64,000 bases of DNA from an uncultured Alphaproteobacteria bacterium. GTDB taxonomy: Bacteria; Pseudomonadota; Alphaproteobacteria; Rhizobiales; Hyphomicrobiaceae. The first letter of the stretch is position 1, and every line of letters begins with the position of its first letter. The notes under the pieces were generated by a model. That model did not search any database. It saw only the letters and a program-made list of their open reading frames with translations, and was not told the origin of the DNA. Position numbers and translations under genes: made by a program. This document shows, piece after piece, positions 37,163-46,828 of this stretch. Where the stretch lies: positions 5,340 to 69,339 of the forward strand of contig CAWEWG010000002.1 of NCBI GenBank assembly GCA_963812795.1, in the 5' to 3' direction.

Positions 37163-38389
37163 TTGCACGAGGACTTCCACCGCATCAAGCGTTTGCCGCC
37201 CTATGTTTTCGCCGAGGTCAACCGGCTGAAGGCAACGGCACGCGCACGCGGCGCCGACATCATCGACCTGGGCATGGGCAATCCGGACCTGCCGACGCCG
37301 CAGCACATCGTCGACAAGCTGGTCGAGACCATCGCCAAGCCGCGCACGCATCGCTATTCGGCGTCGAAGGGCATACCTGGTCTGCGCCGCGCGCAGGCCG
37401 CCTACTACGAGCGCCGCTTCGGCGTGAAGCTCGACCCGGAGACGCAGATCGTCGCCACCATGGGCTCGAAGGAAGGCTTCGCCAACATGGCGCAGGCCAT
37501 CACCGCGCCCGGCGACGTCATCCTGGTGCCGAACCCGACCTATCCGATCCACGAGTTCGGCTTCCTGTTGTCGGGCGCCGCCATGCGGCATCTGCCGGCC
37601 TCGACCGGCGACGACTTTCTGCGCTCCGTCGAGCGCGCCTGCCAACACACCATCCCCAAGCCGTTGGCGCTGGTGCTGTCGTATCCGTCCAATCCGACGG
37701 CGATGACCGCGGAGCTCGACTTCTACAAAGACGCCGTTGCGTTGGCTAAGAAGCTCGACCTCATCATCCTGTCCGACATCGCCTACGCGGAGATCTACTT
37801 CGACGGCAATCCGCCACCGTCGGTGCTGCAGGTGCCGGGCGCCGTGGACGTCGCGGTGGAGTTCACCTCGCTGTCGAAGACCTACAACATGCCTGGCTGG
37901 CGCATGGGTTTTGCCGTCGGCAACGAGCGGCTGATCGCGGCGTTGGCGCGCATCAAATCCTACCTCGACTACGGCGCGTTCACGCCCATTCAGGTGGCCG
38001 CATCGGCGGCGCTGAACGGTCCGCAGGAGTGCGTCGAGGAGATCCGCGCCACCTACAAGAGCCGCCGCGACTGTCTGGTCGACAGCTTCGCGCGGGCCGG
38101 CTGGAACATACCGCCGCCGCCGGCGACGATGTTCGCCTGGGCGCCGGTGCCCGAGCCGTTCAAGGCGCTGGGTTCGGTCGAATTCGCCAAGCTTCTCATC
38201 GAGAAAGCCAGCGTCGCGGTGTCGCCGGGACTGGGCTTCGGCGAATACGGCGAAGGCTTCATCCGCATTGCGTTGGTCGAGAACGAGCATCGCATCCGCC
38301 AGGCCGCCAGGAACCTCAAAAAGTTCCTCGCCCAGGCCCCGGAAACGATGCATAACGTGATCCCGATTCAGCACAAAGCCAGCCGTTAA
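37163..38389 (+). CDS. Class I/II PLP-dependent aminotransferase (AlaC/AspC-like), upstream of hom
   Basis: FHRIKRLPPYVFAEVN..., DLGMGNPDLPTP, NPTYPIH, PLP-Lys context SLSKTYNMPGWRMGF. A TTG at 37163 behind GAGGAAGAGG is preferred over the 37085 start. Confidence 0.85.
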   Translation: MHEDFHRIKRLPPYVFAEVNRLKATARARGADIIDLGMGNPDLPTPQHIVDKLVETIAKPRTHRYSASKGIPGLRRAQAAYYERRFGVKLDPETQIVATMGSKEGFANMAQAITAPGDVILVPNPTYPIHEFGFLLSGAAMRHLPASTGDDFLRSVERACQHTIPKPLALVLSYPSNPTAMTAELDFYKDAVALAKKLDLIILSDIAYAEIYFDGNPPPSVLQVPGAVDVAVEFTSLSKTYNMPGWRMGFAVGNERLIAALARIKSYLDYGAFTPIQVAASAALNGPQECVEEIRATYKSRRDCLVDSFARAGWNIPPPPATMFAWAPVPEPFKALGSVEFAKLLIEKASVAVSPGLGFGEYGEGFIRIALVENEHRIRQAARNLKKFLAQAPETMHNVIPIQHKASR

Positions 38390-38403
38390 CTCCTAGCTAT
38401 TCC

Positions 38404-39735
38404 ATGCAAAAGCCTCTCACCCTGGGCGTCGCCGGCCTTGGCACCGTCGGCGCGGGCCTGCTCGATCTGCTTCACACGCATAATGCGCGTTTCGCCGAGA
38501 GCGCCGGCCGGCCTGTCGAGCTGGTCGGGATATCCGCGCGCGCCAAGGGCAAGGACCGGGGCGTCGACACGGCCGGCATCAAATGGTTCGACGATCCGGT
38601 CGCCCTCGCCAAGGATCCCGGCATCGATGTGTTCGTTGAGCTGATTGGAGGCTCCGACGGCGTTGCCAAGGATGCGGTCGAGGCGGCGCTTCGGGCGGGC
38701 AAGCACGTGGTCACCGCCAACAAGGCGCTGGTGGCAAAGCACGGGGTCAAGCTCGCCAAGCTCGCCGAGGAGAAGGGCGTCGCGCTCAACTTCGAAGCGG
38801 CGGTCGCCGGCGGCATCCCGGTCATCAAGACGCTGCGCGAGTCACTTGCCGCCAATGAGGTGACGCGCGTCTACGGCATCCTCAACGGCACCTGCAATTA
38901 CATCCTGTCGACGATGACCGACCACCATCGCTCGTTCGCCGAGGCGCTGGGGGAAGCGCAGAATCTCGGCTATGCCGAAGCCGATCCGACCTACGACATC
39001 GGCGGCTTCGACACCGCGCACAAGCTTGCCATTCTGACGAGCCTCGCGTTCGGCACCGAGCTCGGCTTCGACCAGGTTGACGTGGAGGGTATCCAGTCGA
39101 TCAGCGATGTCGACATTGAGGCGGCACAGGACATGGGGTACGCGATCAAGCTGCTTGGCGTCGCGACGCGCACCGAAGGCGGCATCGAGGCGCGGGTGCA
39201 CCCGGCCATGGTGCCGGAGGAATCGGCGATCTCCGAAGTGTGGGGTGCCACGAACGCCGTGGCCATCGACGCCGATTTCTGCGGCAGCCTCTTGCTTATT
39301 GGCCCAGGCGCCGGCGGCCGCTCCACGGCTTCGGCCGTCGCCGGCGACATCCTCGACATCGCCCGCGGTGCGGTGATGCCGCCGCTTGTCACACCCACGC
39401 GCAATCTGAAACCCTATAGGAAGGCCAAGTTGGGCGCGCACCAGGGCGCCTACTACGTGCGCTTGTCGGTCTTCGACCGCCCCGGCGCCATGGCGGCGAT
39501 TGCCAAGCGCATGGGAGATCGCGAAATATCGATCGAGAGCATCGTGCAGCGGCGGCCGCGCTCGGCGCTGCCCGGCATCAGTGCGCGACAGAAGCCAGGC
39601 ACTCCGGCACTGGTCATCATGATTACGCACGAGACGACCGAGGAGCGCATTCGCGCCGCGGTCGAAGCCATCGAGCAGGACGGCAAGGTCTCCGAGCGTC
39701 CGCAGGTTATACGTATCGAAAAGCTAGGCGACTGA
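38404..39735 (+). CDS. hom: Homoserine dehydrogenase
   Basis: LGVAGLGTVGAG..., VVTANKAL, NFEAAVAGGIPVI, GILNGTCNYIL, and a C-terminal ACT-like domain. Confidence 0.93.
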   Translation: MQKPLTLGVAGLGTVGAGLLDLLHTHNARFAESAGRPVELVGISARAKGKDRGVDTAGIKWFDDPVALAKDPGIDVFVELIGGSDGVAKDAVEAALRAGKHVVTANKALVAKHGVKLAKLAEEKGVALNFEAAVAGGIPVIKTLRESLAANEVTRVYGILNGTCNYILSTMTDHHRSFAEALGEAQNLGYAEADPTYDIGGFDTAHKLAILTSLAFGTELGFDQVDVEGIQSISDVDIEAAQDMGYAIKLLGVATRTEGGIEARVHPAMVPEESAISEVWGATNAVAIDADFCGSLLLIGPGAGGRSTASAVAGDILDIARGAVMPPLVTPTRNLKPYRKAKLGAHQGAYYVRLSVFDRPGAMAAIAKRMGDREISIESIVQRRPRSALPGISARQKPGTPALVIMITHETTEERIRAAVEAIEQDGKVSERPQVIRIEKLGD

Positions 39736-39760
39736 GCTTAGCCGCGGAAGGAAGACACGA

Positions 39761-40733
<973 letters not shown>

Positions 40734-40817
40734 CGACCCAACCGTCGTCCTTGAACCGGCGGCTTGCTTCATCGACAATGACCGCTCAATGCCAGGCGTC
40801 CTACAAAGGGGGCGGAC

Positions 40818-41333
40818 GTGGACGAGCGCGATGCCGGGGGCTACTCGGTCACCTATGGCCGTGAGGAGATCCAGGCGCCGGTCTATTTCATCGCCTTCCT
40901 GGCGGCGGTTCTGCTCGCCGCCGGCTTGGTGTGGGGCAGCACCGTGGCCTTGGCGCTGGGTGTCGGCGCGGCCGGCGTCACCTACTACAACTATCCGCTT
41001 ATCGAGCGCCGCCCGATCGTCGGCGCCAATCAGTACGGCATATTCGTGCAGGGTCTCGGGCTCATCCGCTGGACCGCCATCGATCGCATCGACCTTGTCG
41101 AGATCGCCGTACGCGCGAGCACCATTCACGAGCTGCAGATAGGCCTGAAAGCACGCCTCTCAAGCGCCCTGGTGGCCGATTGGCGCAAGCTGCCGTTCCA
41201 CCGCTCATTGATGCGCCTGCCGTGGTCGATGGCGCGGACGAATGTCGTCGGCGTCAATCTGGAGCCGTTCAACACCGAGCCCGACGACATCCACCGCACG
41301 CTGCTGCGCCTGTGGAAACATTACCGCAGCTAG
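40818..41333 (+). CDS. Hypothetical membrane protein
   Basis: GTG start. Two TM helices (VYFIAFLAAVLLAAGLVWG, VALALGVGAAGVTYY). No known domain. Confidence 0.5.
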   Translation: MDERDAGGYSVTYGREEIQAPVYFIAFLAAVLLAAGLVWGSTVALALGVGAAGVTYYNYPLIERRPIVGANQYGIFVQGLGLIRWTAIDRIDLVEIAVRASTIHELQIGLKARLSSALVADWRKLPFHRSLMRLPWSMARTNVVGVNLEPFNTEPDDIHRTLLRLWKHYRS

Positions 41334-41386
41334 GCGCCATAGCCTGTTGATAAGCCAGAACGGCGTATCGCCAACTCGGCGCGCCG

Positions 41387-43267
41387 ATGATGAACTTCGC
41401 CAGAGGCGAATCATTGCGGGGGCAGGCCATGGGCGCGGTGCGCAAGCGGCGGGACGATGCGGCCGGCGCGGCGCCGTTCCTCGGGGTGTCGGTGTCGGCC
41501 CGCGGCTACCAATGGCGCGAGCGCCTCTCCGGTGAAGCGCAGCTGCGCGCCGCCGCCATCAGCCAGCGGCACGGATTGCCGGAGCTGCTCGGCCGCGTGC
41601 TCGCCGGGCGCGGCGTGGCGCTCGACGACGTTCCCGTCATGCTCAATCCCACCTTGAAGGCGCTGATGCCCGATCCCGACAGCGTGCGCGACATGCAGGC
41701 GGCGGCCGCGCGTCTTGCCGATGCGATCGAGAAGCGCCAGTCGGTCGCCATCTTCGGCGACTACGACGTCGACGGCGCCGCGTCCTCCGCTTTGATGTGC
41801 CGCTTCTTCGCGCATCACGGGCTGCAGCCGCGCATCTACATTCCCGACCGCCTGTTCGAAGGCTACGGCCCGAACCCGGCGGCCATCGAAGGGCTCGTCA
41901 AGGACGGCGCCCAACTCATCGTCACCGTCGACTGTGGCACCACTAGCCGCGAGCCGCTGGCCCGCGCCGGCGAGCTCGGCTGCGACGTCATCGTCGTCGA
42001 TCACCACCAGGCCGACGAGGAGTTGCCGCGCGCCTGCGCCGTGGTCAATCCCAATCGCCAGGACGACGTGTCGGGTCTCGGACACCTGTGCGCGGCCGGC
42101 GTGTGCTTTCTCGTATTGGTGGCGACGCGCGGCGAGCTGCGCCGGCGCGGCTTCTACGCCGGGGGCATGAGCGAGCCCGATCTCATGGCCGAGCTCGACC
42201 TCGTGGCGCTGGCGACCGTCGCCGACGTCGTGCCGCTCACCGGGCTCAACCGCGCCTACGTCACGCAAGGGCTGCAGGTGATGCGCTGGCGGCGCAACAA
42301 GGGTCTCAAGGCGCTGAACGATGCCGCGGGCCTCAATGAGCCGCCGACGCCGTATCACCTCGGCTTCATCCTCGGGCCGCGCATCAATGCCGGCGGCCGC
42401 ATCGGCGATGCGGCGCTGGGTGCGCGTCTGCTCGCCGGCGAGGACGAGACGGAGGCGGCGCGCATCGCCGTGCTGCTCGACAGGTTGAACAAGGAGCGGC
42501 GGGCTCTCGAAAAAGAGATGCTGGAGGAGGCACTGGCGCAAGCCGAGGCGATGATCGCCGCGCGTCCCGACGTGTCGGTGCTGATGCTCGGCTCGCATAC
42601 CTGGCACAAGGGCATCGTCGGGCTGGTCGCCAGCCGGCTGACCGAGCGCTTCCGCCGTCCCTCATGCGTCATTGCTTGGAACGCCGAAACGGGCGGCGAG
42701 GGCACCGGCTCGCTCCGCTCCGTGATGGGTGCCGACATCGGCGGGGCGGTGCGTGCGGCGGTTGCCGGCGGGCTCCTGATCAAAGGCGGCGGTCATGCCA
42801 TGGCGGCGGGATTGACCGTGGCACGCGACAAGCTGGCGCTCGTCGAGGCGTTCCTGCACACGAAGCTCGCCGAGAGCGTCGGCCAGGCGCGAACGCGCGA
42901 TGGCCTCGACATTGACGGCGCGTTGACGCCGGGCGGGGTCACCGACGAGCTGCTCGATCTCATCGCCCGCGTCGGTCCGTACGGTCAGGGAAATCCCTCG
43001 CCGCGCTTCGCCTTTCCGGCGACCAACGTGAAGTTCGCCAAGATCGTCGGCGAGAACCACGTGCGCTGCGTGTTGCAGTCGGCCGACGGATCGAAGCTCG
43101 AGGGCATCGCCTTCCGCGCCGCCGGCGAGCCGTTGGGCGAGCTGCTGCTGAATGCGGGCGGCATGCCGCTGCACGTTGCCGGCAGCGTCAAGCGCTCCTC
43201 CTTCAACGGACGCGAGCGCATGGAGGTGCACATCGAGGATGCAGCCGACCCGCGCCGTCAGAACTGA
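41387..43267 (+). CDS. recJ: Single-stranded-DNA-specific exonuclease RecJ
   Basis: DHH motifs (VAIFGDYDVDGAAS, VTVDCG, VIVVDHH) and DHHA1 (GGGHAMAAG). The start may be the ATG at 41429. Confidence 0.92.
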   Translation: MMNFARGESLRGQAMGAVRKRRDDAAGAAPFLGVSVSARGYQWRERLSGEAQLRAAAISQRHGLPELLGRVLAGRGVALDDVPVMLNPTLKALMPDPDSVRDMQAAAARLADAIEKRQSVAIFGDYDVDGAASSALMCRFFAHHGLQPRIYIPDRLFEGYGPNPAAIEGLVKDGAQLIVTVDCGTTSREPLARAGELGCDVIVVDHHQADEELPRACAVVNPNRQDDVSGLGHLCAAGVCFLVLVATRGELRRRGFYAGGMSEPDLMAELDLVALATVADVVPLTGLNRAYVTQGLQVMRWRRNKGLKALNDAAGLNEPPTPYHLGFILGPRINAGGRIGDAALGARLLAGEDETEAARIAVLLDRLNKERRALEKEMLEEALAQAEAMIAARPDVSVLMLGSHTWHKGIVGLVASRLTERFRRPSCVIAWNAETGGEGTGSLRSVMGADIGGAVRAAVAGGLLIKGGGHAMAAGLTVARDKLALVEAFLHTKLAESVGQARTRDGLDIDGALTPGGVTDELLDLIARVGPYGQGNPSPRFAFPATNVKFAKIVGENHVRCVLQSADGSKLEGIAFRAAGEPLGELLLNAGGMPLHVAGSVKRSSFNGRERMEVHIEDAADPRRQN

Positions 43268-43273
43268 GCGCGT

Positions 43274-43441
43274 CTAGGGTCCCGGTGGCGCACGGAAGGC
43301 AGGCAGGTTGAGCACGACGACGGCGCAGACGACACCGATGATGCCGGGCACCAGGGTGCCGGGCCAGATGAAGCGGTCGATGAGGAAGACGACGGCGACG
43401 CCGGCGGCGAGGCTCACGGCGATCCTGGCGATTGGGTGCAT
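43274..43441 (-). CDS. Small two-TM membrane protein (55 aa)
   Basis: The ATG at 43441 is preceded by GGAGG. Sequence: MHPIARIAVSLAAGVAVVFLIDRFIWPGTLVPGIIGVVCAVVVL. Confidence 0.55.
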   Translation of the reverse strand: MHPIARIAVSLAAGVAVVFLIDRFIWPGTLVPGIIGVVCAVVVLNLPAFRAPPGP

Positions 43442-43571
43442 GAAACCTCCGGTTTGGAGATCGTTTCCAGCTGCGACACCAGCCGGCGGCAGCATAGCGG
43501 AGTGCGCCCAATCGCGCAGCGGCCCGTTGCTTGCGCGGGCGGGGAAACGCCCCTATAGGGATGGCCCTGCC

Positions 43572-43647
43572 GGTCCCTTCGTCTATCGGTTAGGACGCGA
43601 GATTTTCAATCTTGAAAGACGGGTTCGAACTCCCGTAGGGACCGCCA
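43572..43647 (+). tRNA. tRNA-Glu: tRNA-Glu (anticodon UUC)
   Basis: Manual fold. Acceptor GGTCCCT/AGGGACC plus discriminator G and encoded CCA. D arm GTCT-ATCGGTTA-GGAC. Anticodon arm CGAGA-TTTTCAA-TCTTG. T arm ACGGG-TTCGAACT-CCCGT. The T-loop is 8 nt when the stem is fully paired. Confidence 0.85.
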
Positions 43648-43820
43648 TTCTTGCCCGCTCTTGGGACATGCGCTGGAGCCGGTTGCCAGACTGTCTCGCA
43701 CTCTAGTTTCGCAATCGGCGTGCCACGGCCAGTCGTTGCAGCGCCGCAACGTCGCCGCCAGATGCCACGGCTTGGCGGCGACTTCGGTCGTTTAATCGGG
43801 CATCACCCGGGAGGGCTCGG

Positions 43821-44285
43821 CTATTCGCTACGGCGCCGCGGCTTGGCAAGGTGCTTGCGGAAGGCTTCGAGGGTCGTCTTGCTGACATGGTGCTCGATGC
43901 CCTCCGCATCGGCGTCGGCGGTCTCCGCATCGACGCCAAGGGCGATGAGCAGATCCCGGACGATCAGATGACGCTCGCGTGAGACCGCCGCCACCTTGCG
44001 ACCCTTGTCGGTCAAGAAGATCGACCGATACGGCTGGCTGGACACGAAGCCGTCACGCTGCAGCCGCTGGATCGTGTTGTTGACGGTCGCCTTGGTGACG
44101 CCGAGCCGCTCCGAGAGATCCACCAGGCGCGCCTCGCCCTTCTCCTCGATGAGGTCGGCGATGAGCTCGACATAGTCCTCTGCGAGCTCGGTCTGATGCG
44201 CGTCGCGCACGCGCTTGAAGCGCTCGGCCCGCCGTGCCGCTTCGCCGCCGTCGTCGTTCAGGGGTGTCGTCGGTTTGCGACTCAT
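43821..44285 (-). CDS. mntR: Manganese-responsive DtxR-family regulator MntR
   Basis: AEDYVELIADLIEEKGEARLVDLSERLGVTKATVNNTIQRLQRDGFV...RHLIVRDLLIALGVD...EGIEHHVS. Size and pattern match MntR, with no SH3-like third domain. Confidence 0.85.
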   Translation of the reverse strand: MSRKPTTPLNDDGGEAARRAERFKRVRDAHQTELAEDYVELIADLIEEKGEARLVDLSERLGVTKATVNNTIQRLQRDGFVSSQPYRSIFLTDKGRKVAAVSRERHLIVRDLLIALGVDAETADADAEGIEHHVSKTTLEAFRKHLAKPRRRSE

Positions 44286-44318
44286 CCCGCCTCTTCTACC
44301 TCAGGGACCGTTGACGGC

Positions 44319-44340
44319 AAAGTTAGTGTCGGCTAACAAT
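44319..44340. promoter_or_regulatory. Candidate MntR operator in the mntR/porin divergent region
   Basis: AAAGTTAGTGTCGGCTAACAAT contains inverted arms GTTAG/CTAAC separated by 6 nt. The layout resembles the E. coli MntR site AAACATAGC-N4-GCTATGTTT. It sits just after a TTGACG -35-like hexamer (44311-44316). Confidence 0.45.
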
Positions 44341-44382
44341 CGGCGCATGAGCTAATCGTAAGCGTGACGGGAGGGGGCTATC

Positions 44383-45255
44383 GTGAGACGCAGAGTGGCG
44401 TTGAAGGCGGCGGCAAGTATTGTCGCCATGGTCGGACTGAGTGAGCGCAGCGCCGGCGCCGACAAATCGCAATACTCTCTATTCAATCCAACGCCGCGCA
44501 CGCTGATGCGCGAGATGACCACCGACCGGCCCGACACCACTGAGGTTCCCTTCACGGTCGACGCCGGCCACGTGCAGACCGAGAGTACCTTGTTCGGCTA
44601 CACGCGATCGCGGCCCGATAGCGACGGAGCCGTCAGCGACGCCTACGAGTTCGCCTACACCAACGTGCGCATCGGCTTGACGAACGATGTCGAGCTTAGC
44701 CTCGTATGGCAGCCGTACGGCGTCGTGCGCACGCGTCAGGCGGATCCGGACCCGGTGCTGCGCCAAGACGGGATAGGCAGCGTCGACGTCCGCGCCAAGA
44801 TCAACCTGTGGGGCAATGACACGTTCGCGAAGGACGGTTCGGCACTGGCGCTGCTGCCGATCCTCACGCTGCCAACCGACAACGACAACGGTATCGGCGT
44901 CGCCGACGTCGAGGGCGGGCTGGTCGTACCCTTCGCGCTGGATTTGCCGCACGGGTTTGGCCTCGGAATCAACACCGGCGTCTTTGCCGTGCAGGACGAG
45001 GATGCGAAGAGTTATCACGCCGAGTACGTCACCACGGCGGCGCTGTCCTACGAATGGACGAATAAGTTCGGCACCTACGCGGAAGTGGTGGGTCTGTTCG
45101 GGGTCGACGATCCGCGCGGCGACATCTGCGTTGTCGGCGCCGGCTGGACATATGCCCTGACCGATGACGTGCAGCTTGATGGCGGTATGAACTTTGGCCT
45201 GACGGCGGCGGCGGACCGCTACAATCCGTTCGTTGGCCTCTCGATGCGCTTTTAA
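44383..45255 (+). CDS. Outer-membrane beta-barrel channel, MetA-pathway/MnoP-like
   Basis: GTG start behind GGGAGGGGG. Signal peptide. Alternating beta-strand pattern ending in ...NPFVGLSMRF (C-terminal Phe). It resembles the family containing the Bradyrhizobium Mn2+ channel MnoP. Adjacency to mntR supports a Mn role. Confidence 0.6.
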   Translation: MRRRVALKAAASIVAMVGLSERSAGADKSQYSLFNPTPRTLMREMTTDRPDTTEVPFTVDAGHVQTESTLFGYTRSRPDSDGAVSDAYEFAYTNVRIGLTNDVELSLVWQPYGVVRTRQADPDPVLRQDGIGSVDVRAKINLWGNDTFAKDGSALALLPILTLPTDNDNGIGVADVEGGLVVPFALDLPHGFGLGINTGVFAVQDEDAKSYHAEYVTTAALSYEWTNKFGTYAEVVGLFGVDDPRGDICVVGAGWTYALTDDVQLDGGMNFGLTAAADRYNPFVGLSMRF

Positions 45256-45277
45256 GCCGCGAAGAGCCCAACAGAAA

Positions 45278-45304
45278 GGCCGACGCATTCTGCATGCGCC
45301 GGCC
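45278..45304. terminator. Stem-loop between convergent genes
   Basis: GGCCGACGC / GCGCCGGCC (8 of 9 positions pair) with a 9-nt loop. Confidence 0.35.
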
Positions 45305-45328
45305 TCCCTGGCGTCGTCACAGGCAAAC

Positions 45329-45805
45329 TTATCCGCGGCCCGTCAGGCGTTGATTGATCTCCTGCTGGGTCGGAATTCTTCCGTCGTGCGTCAGCTTGTC
45401 GATCAGCCCCGGCAGGGCTTTCGACAGTTGTGTCAGGAGATCGTCCTGGCTGCATCCGGCCTTGTCGGCCATTTGCGTCACCGCCTTCTTGCCGAGGGCG
45501 TCGCCGAGCTCGTCGGGCTGTACCGGCTTATTCTGACCGGTGCCGACCCATGATTTGACGACGTCATCGAGACCGGCTGCCTGCAGCTGTGCAAGCAATC
45601 CGCCCAACCCGCCGATATCCTGTGCCGCACCGGCTGCCTGCCCCTGTGACGCCTGCGGCATCGAGCCTTGCTGCTGCTGCGGCGGCTGATTACCCGCCTG
45701 CCTGCCCAGGAGGAGTTCCTGGAACACCGCTACCAGCGGCTGATTTCCGCTGCTTCCCTGGCCGCCTTGCGTGAACTGTTTCAGCGCTTCATCGAGCAGT
45801 CCCAT
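45329..45805 (-). CDS. YidB/DUF937-family protein
   Basis: MGLLDEALKQF...GGLGGLLAQLQAAGLDDVVKSWVGTGQNKPVQPDELGDALG...LLTQLSKALPGLIDKLT. Confidence 0.8.
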   Translation of the reverse strand: MGLLDEALKQFTQGGQGSSGNQPLVAVFQELLLGRQAGNQPPQQQQGSMPQASQGQAAGAAQDIGGLGGLLAQLQAAGLDDVVKSWVGTGQNKPVQPDELGDALGKKAVTQMADKAGCSQDDLLTQLSKALPGLIDKLTHDGRIPTQQEINQRLTGRG

Positions 45806-45841
45806 GTCGTTCTCCTCTCGCTGACTACGTGGTTGAACTTG

Positions 45842-46603
45842 TTACTGCTGGCTTAGTCTCTTGTTGCACTCGCTGTAGTAGCCGCCGCCTTCCTCGGTCC
45901 ACCTGGGCTCGGTGATGCCGGCAGCCTTGTTGGCGCGGTATTGGTCGCGACACGTCAGCATCCGCGCCTTGCCGGCCGGCTGGCGCGCGTACTTCTTGGC
46001 TATGCCCGACGGGAAGAGCGATCCCATCGTCGGCAGCATGCTGCCGCTCTTCTTGGCGATGGCGGTCGGGCATCCGGCGGAACGGAACTCGTTCCACGTC
46101 ATGGCACCGAGCGTGCCGGCTGACTTTGCCGCCTGGTAGCGCGCGCTGCATTCCTGCTGGCTTACGGTCGTGGCTTCAGCGGCGGGTGCGAGACGTGAAG
46201 TTTCCTTCTTGATCGCTGGTTTTGGAGCGGCCGCCGTTTTGGCCACGCAGCCGGCCTTGCGGAACTCGTTCCAGCTCATGCCCTCGAGCGTTCCGGCCTC
46301 CTTCGCCGCTTTGAAGCTGGCGCTGCATTCCTGCATGCTGGGCCCCGCGGCAGCTGCCGTCGGTGCGATCTTATCGGGCTTGGTCGTTTCCGTCTTGACC
46401 TTCTTGAGCGCCATCGTGGCGCCCTCGCCGCACTCCGCCTTGCGGAAGTCGTTCCAGCTCATCGTGCCGACCGAGCCGGCATCGTTGGCGGTTTTGTATT
46501 TCTCGCTGCATTGCTTCATCGTCAGCGCGCTCGCCGGCTGCGCGATTGCGAACGCCGCGAGCGCCGCCACGCCCGCCAACATTCCGTGGGCTCTCTTCGA
46601 CAT
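45842..46603 (-). CDS. Exported protein with four PsiF-like Cys-bracketed repeats
   Basis: Signal peptide MSKRAHGMLAGVAALAAFAIAQPASA. Three repeats of C-x25-C (CSEKYKTANDAG...WNDFRKAEC; CSASFKAAKEAG...WNEFRKAGC; CSARYQAAKSAG...WNEFRSAGC) and a fourth C-x27-C. Confidence 0.7.
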   Translation of the reverse strand: MSKRAHGMLAGVAALAAFAIAQPASALTMKQCSEKYKTANDAGSVGTMSWNDFRKAECGEGATMALKKVKTETTKPDKIAPTAAAAGPSMQECSASFKAAKEAGTLEGMSWNEFRKAGCVAKTAAAPKPAIKKETSRLAPAAEATTVSQQECSARYQAAKSAGTLGAMTWNEFRSAGCPTAIAKKSGSMLPTMGSLFPSGIAKKYARQPAGKARMLTCRDQYRANKAAGITEPRWTEEGGGYYSECNKRLSQQ

Positions 46604-46828
46604 TACGACCTCGCTCATTGCTTGAGAAGCATGAACACTGATCACCCGCGGCTTGCGCGAAGCAACGAAAGTCCGGGGACAGGCTTTATCTTTGGCGAAC
46701 GAAACGCAGACCTTTTTATCGCTCGTGCAATACCGCGCCGCGTACGCAGGATGGCTCAGTCGCGTGCAGCGGCTGAGCCGTGATTTGTCTGTGATAGGCG
46801 CGCGAAATCGTCAGCGCGCGATGCCGTG

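Noticed and set aside
43572-45300. tRNA-Glu as an integration site for a genomic island
   Set aside because: No integrase gene, no direct repeat of the tRNA 3' end, and no compositional break downstream. The adjacent genes (mntR, porin) look like native metal-homeostasis genes.
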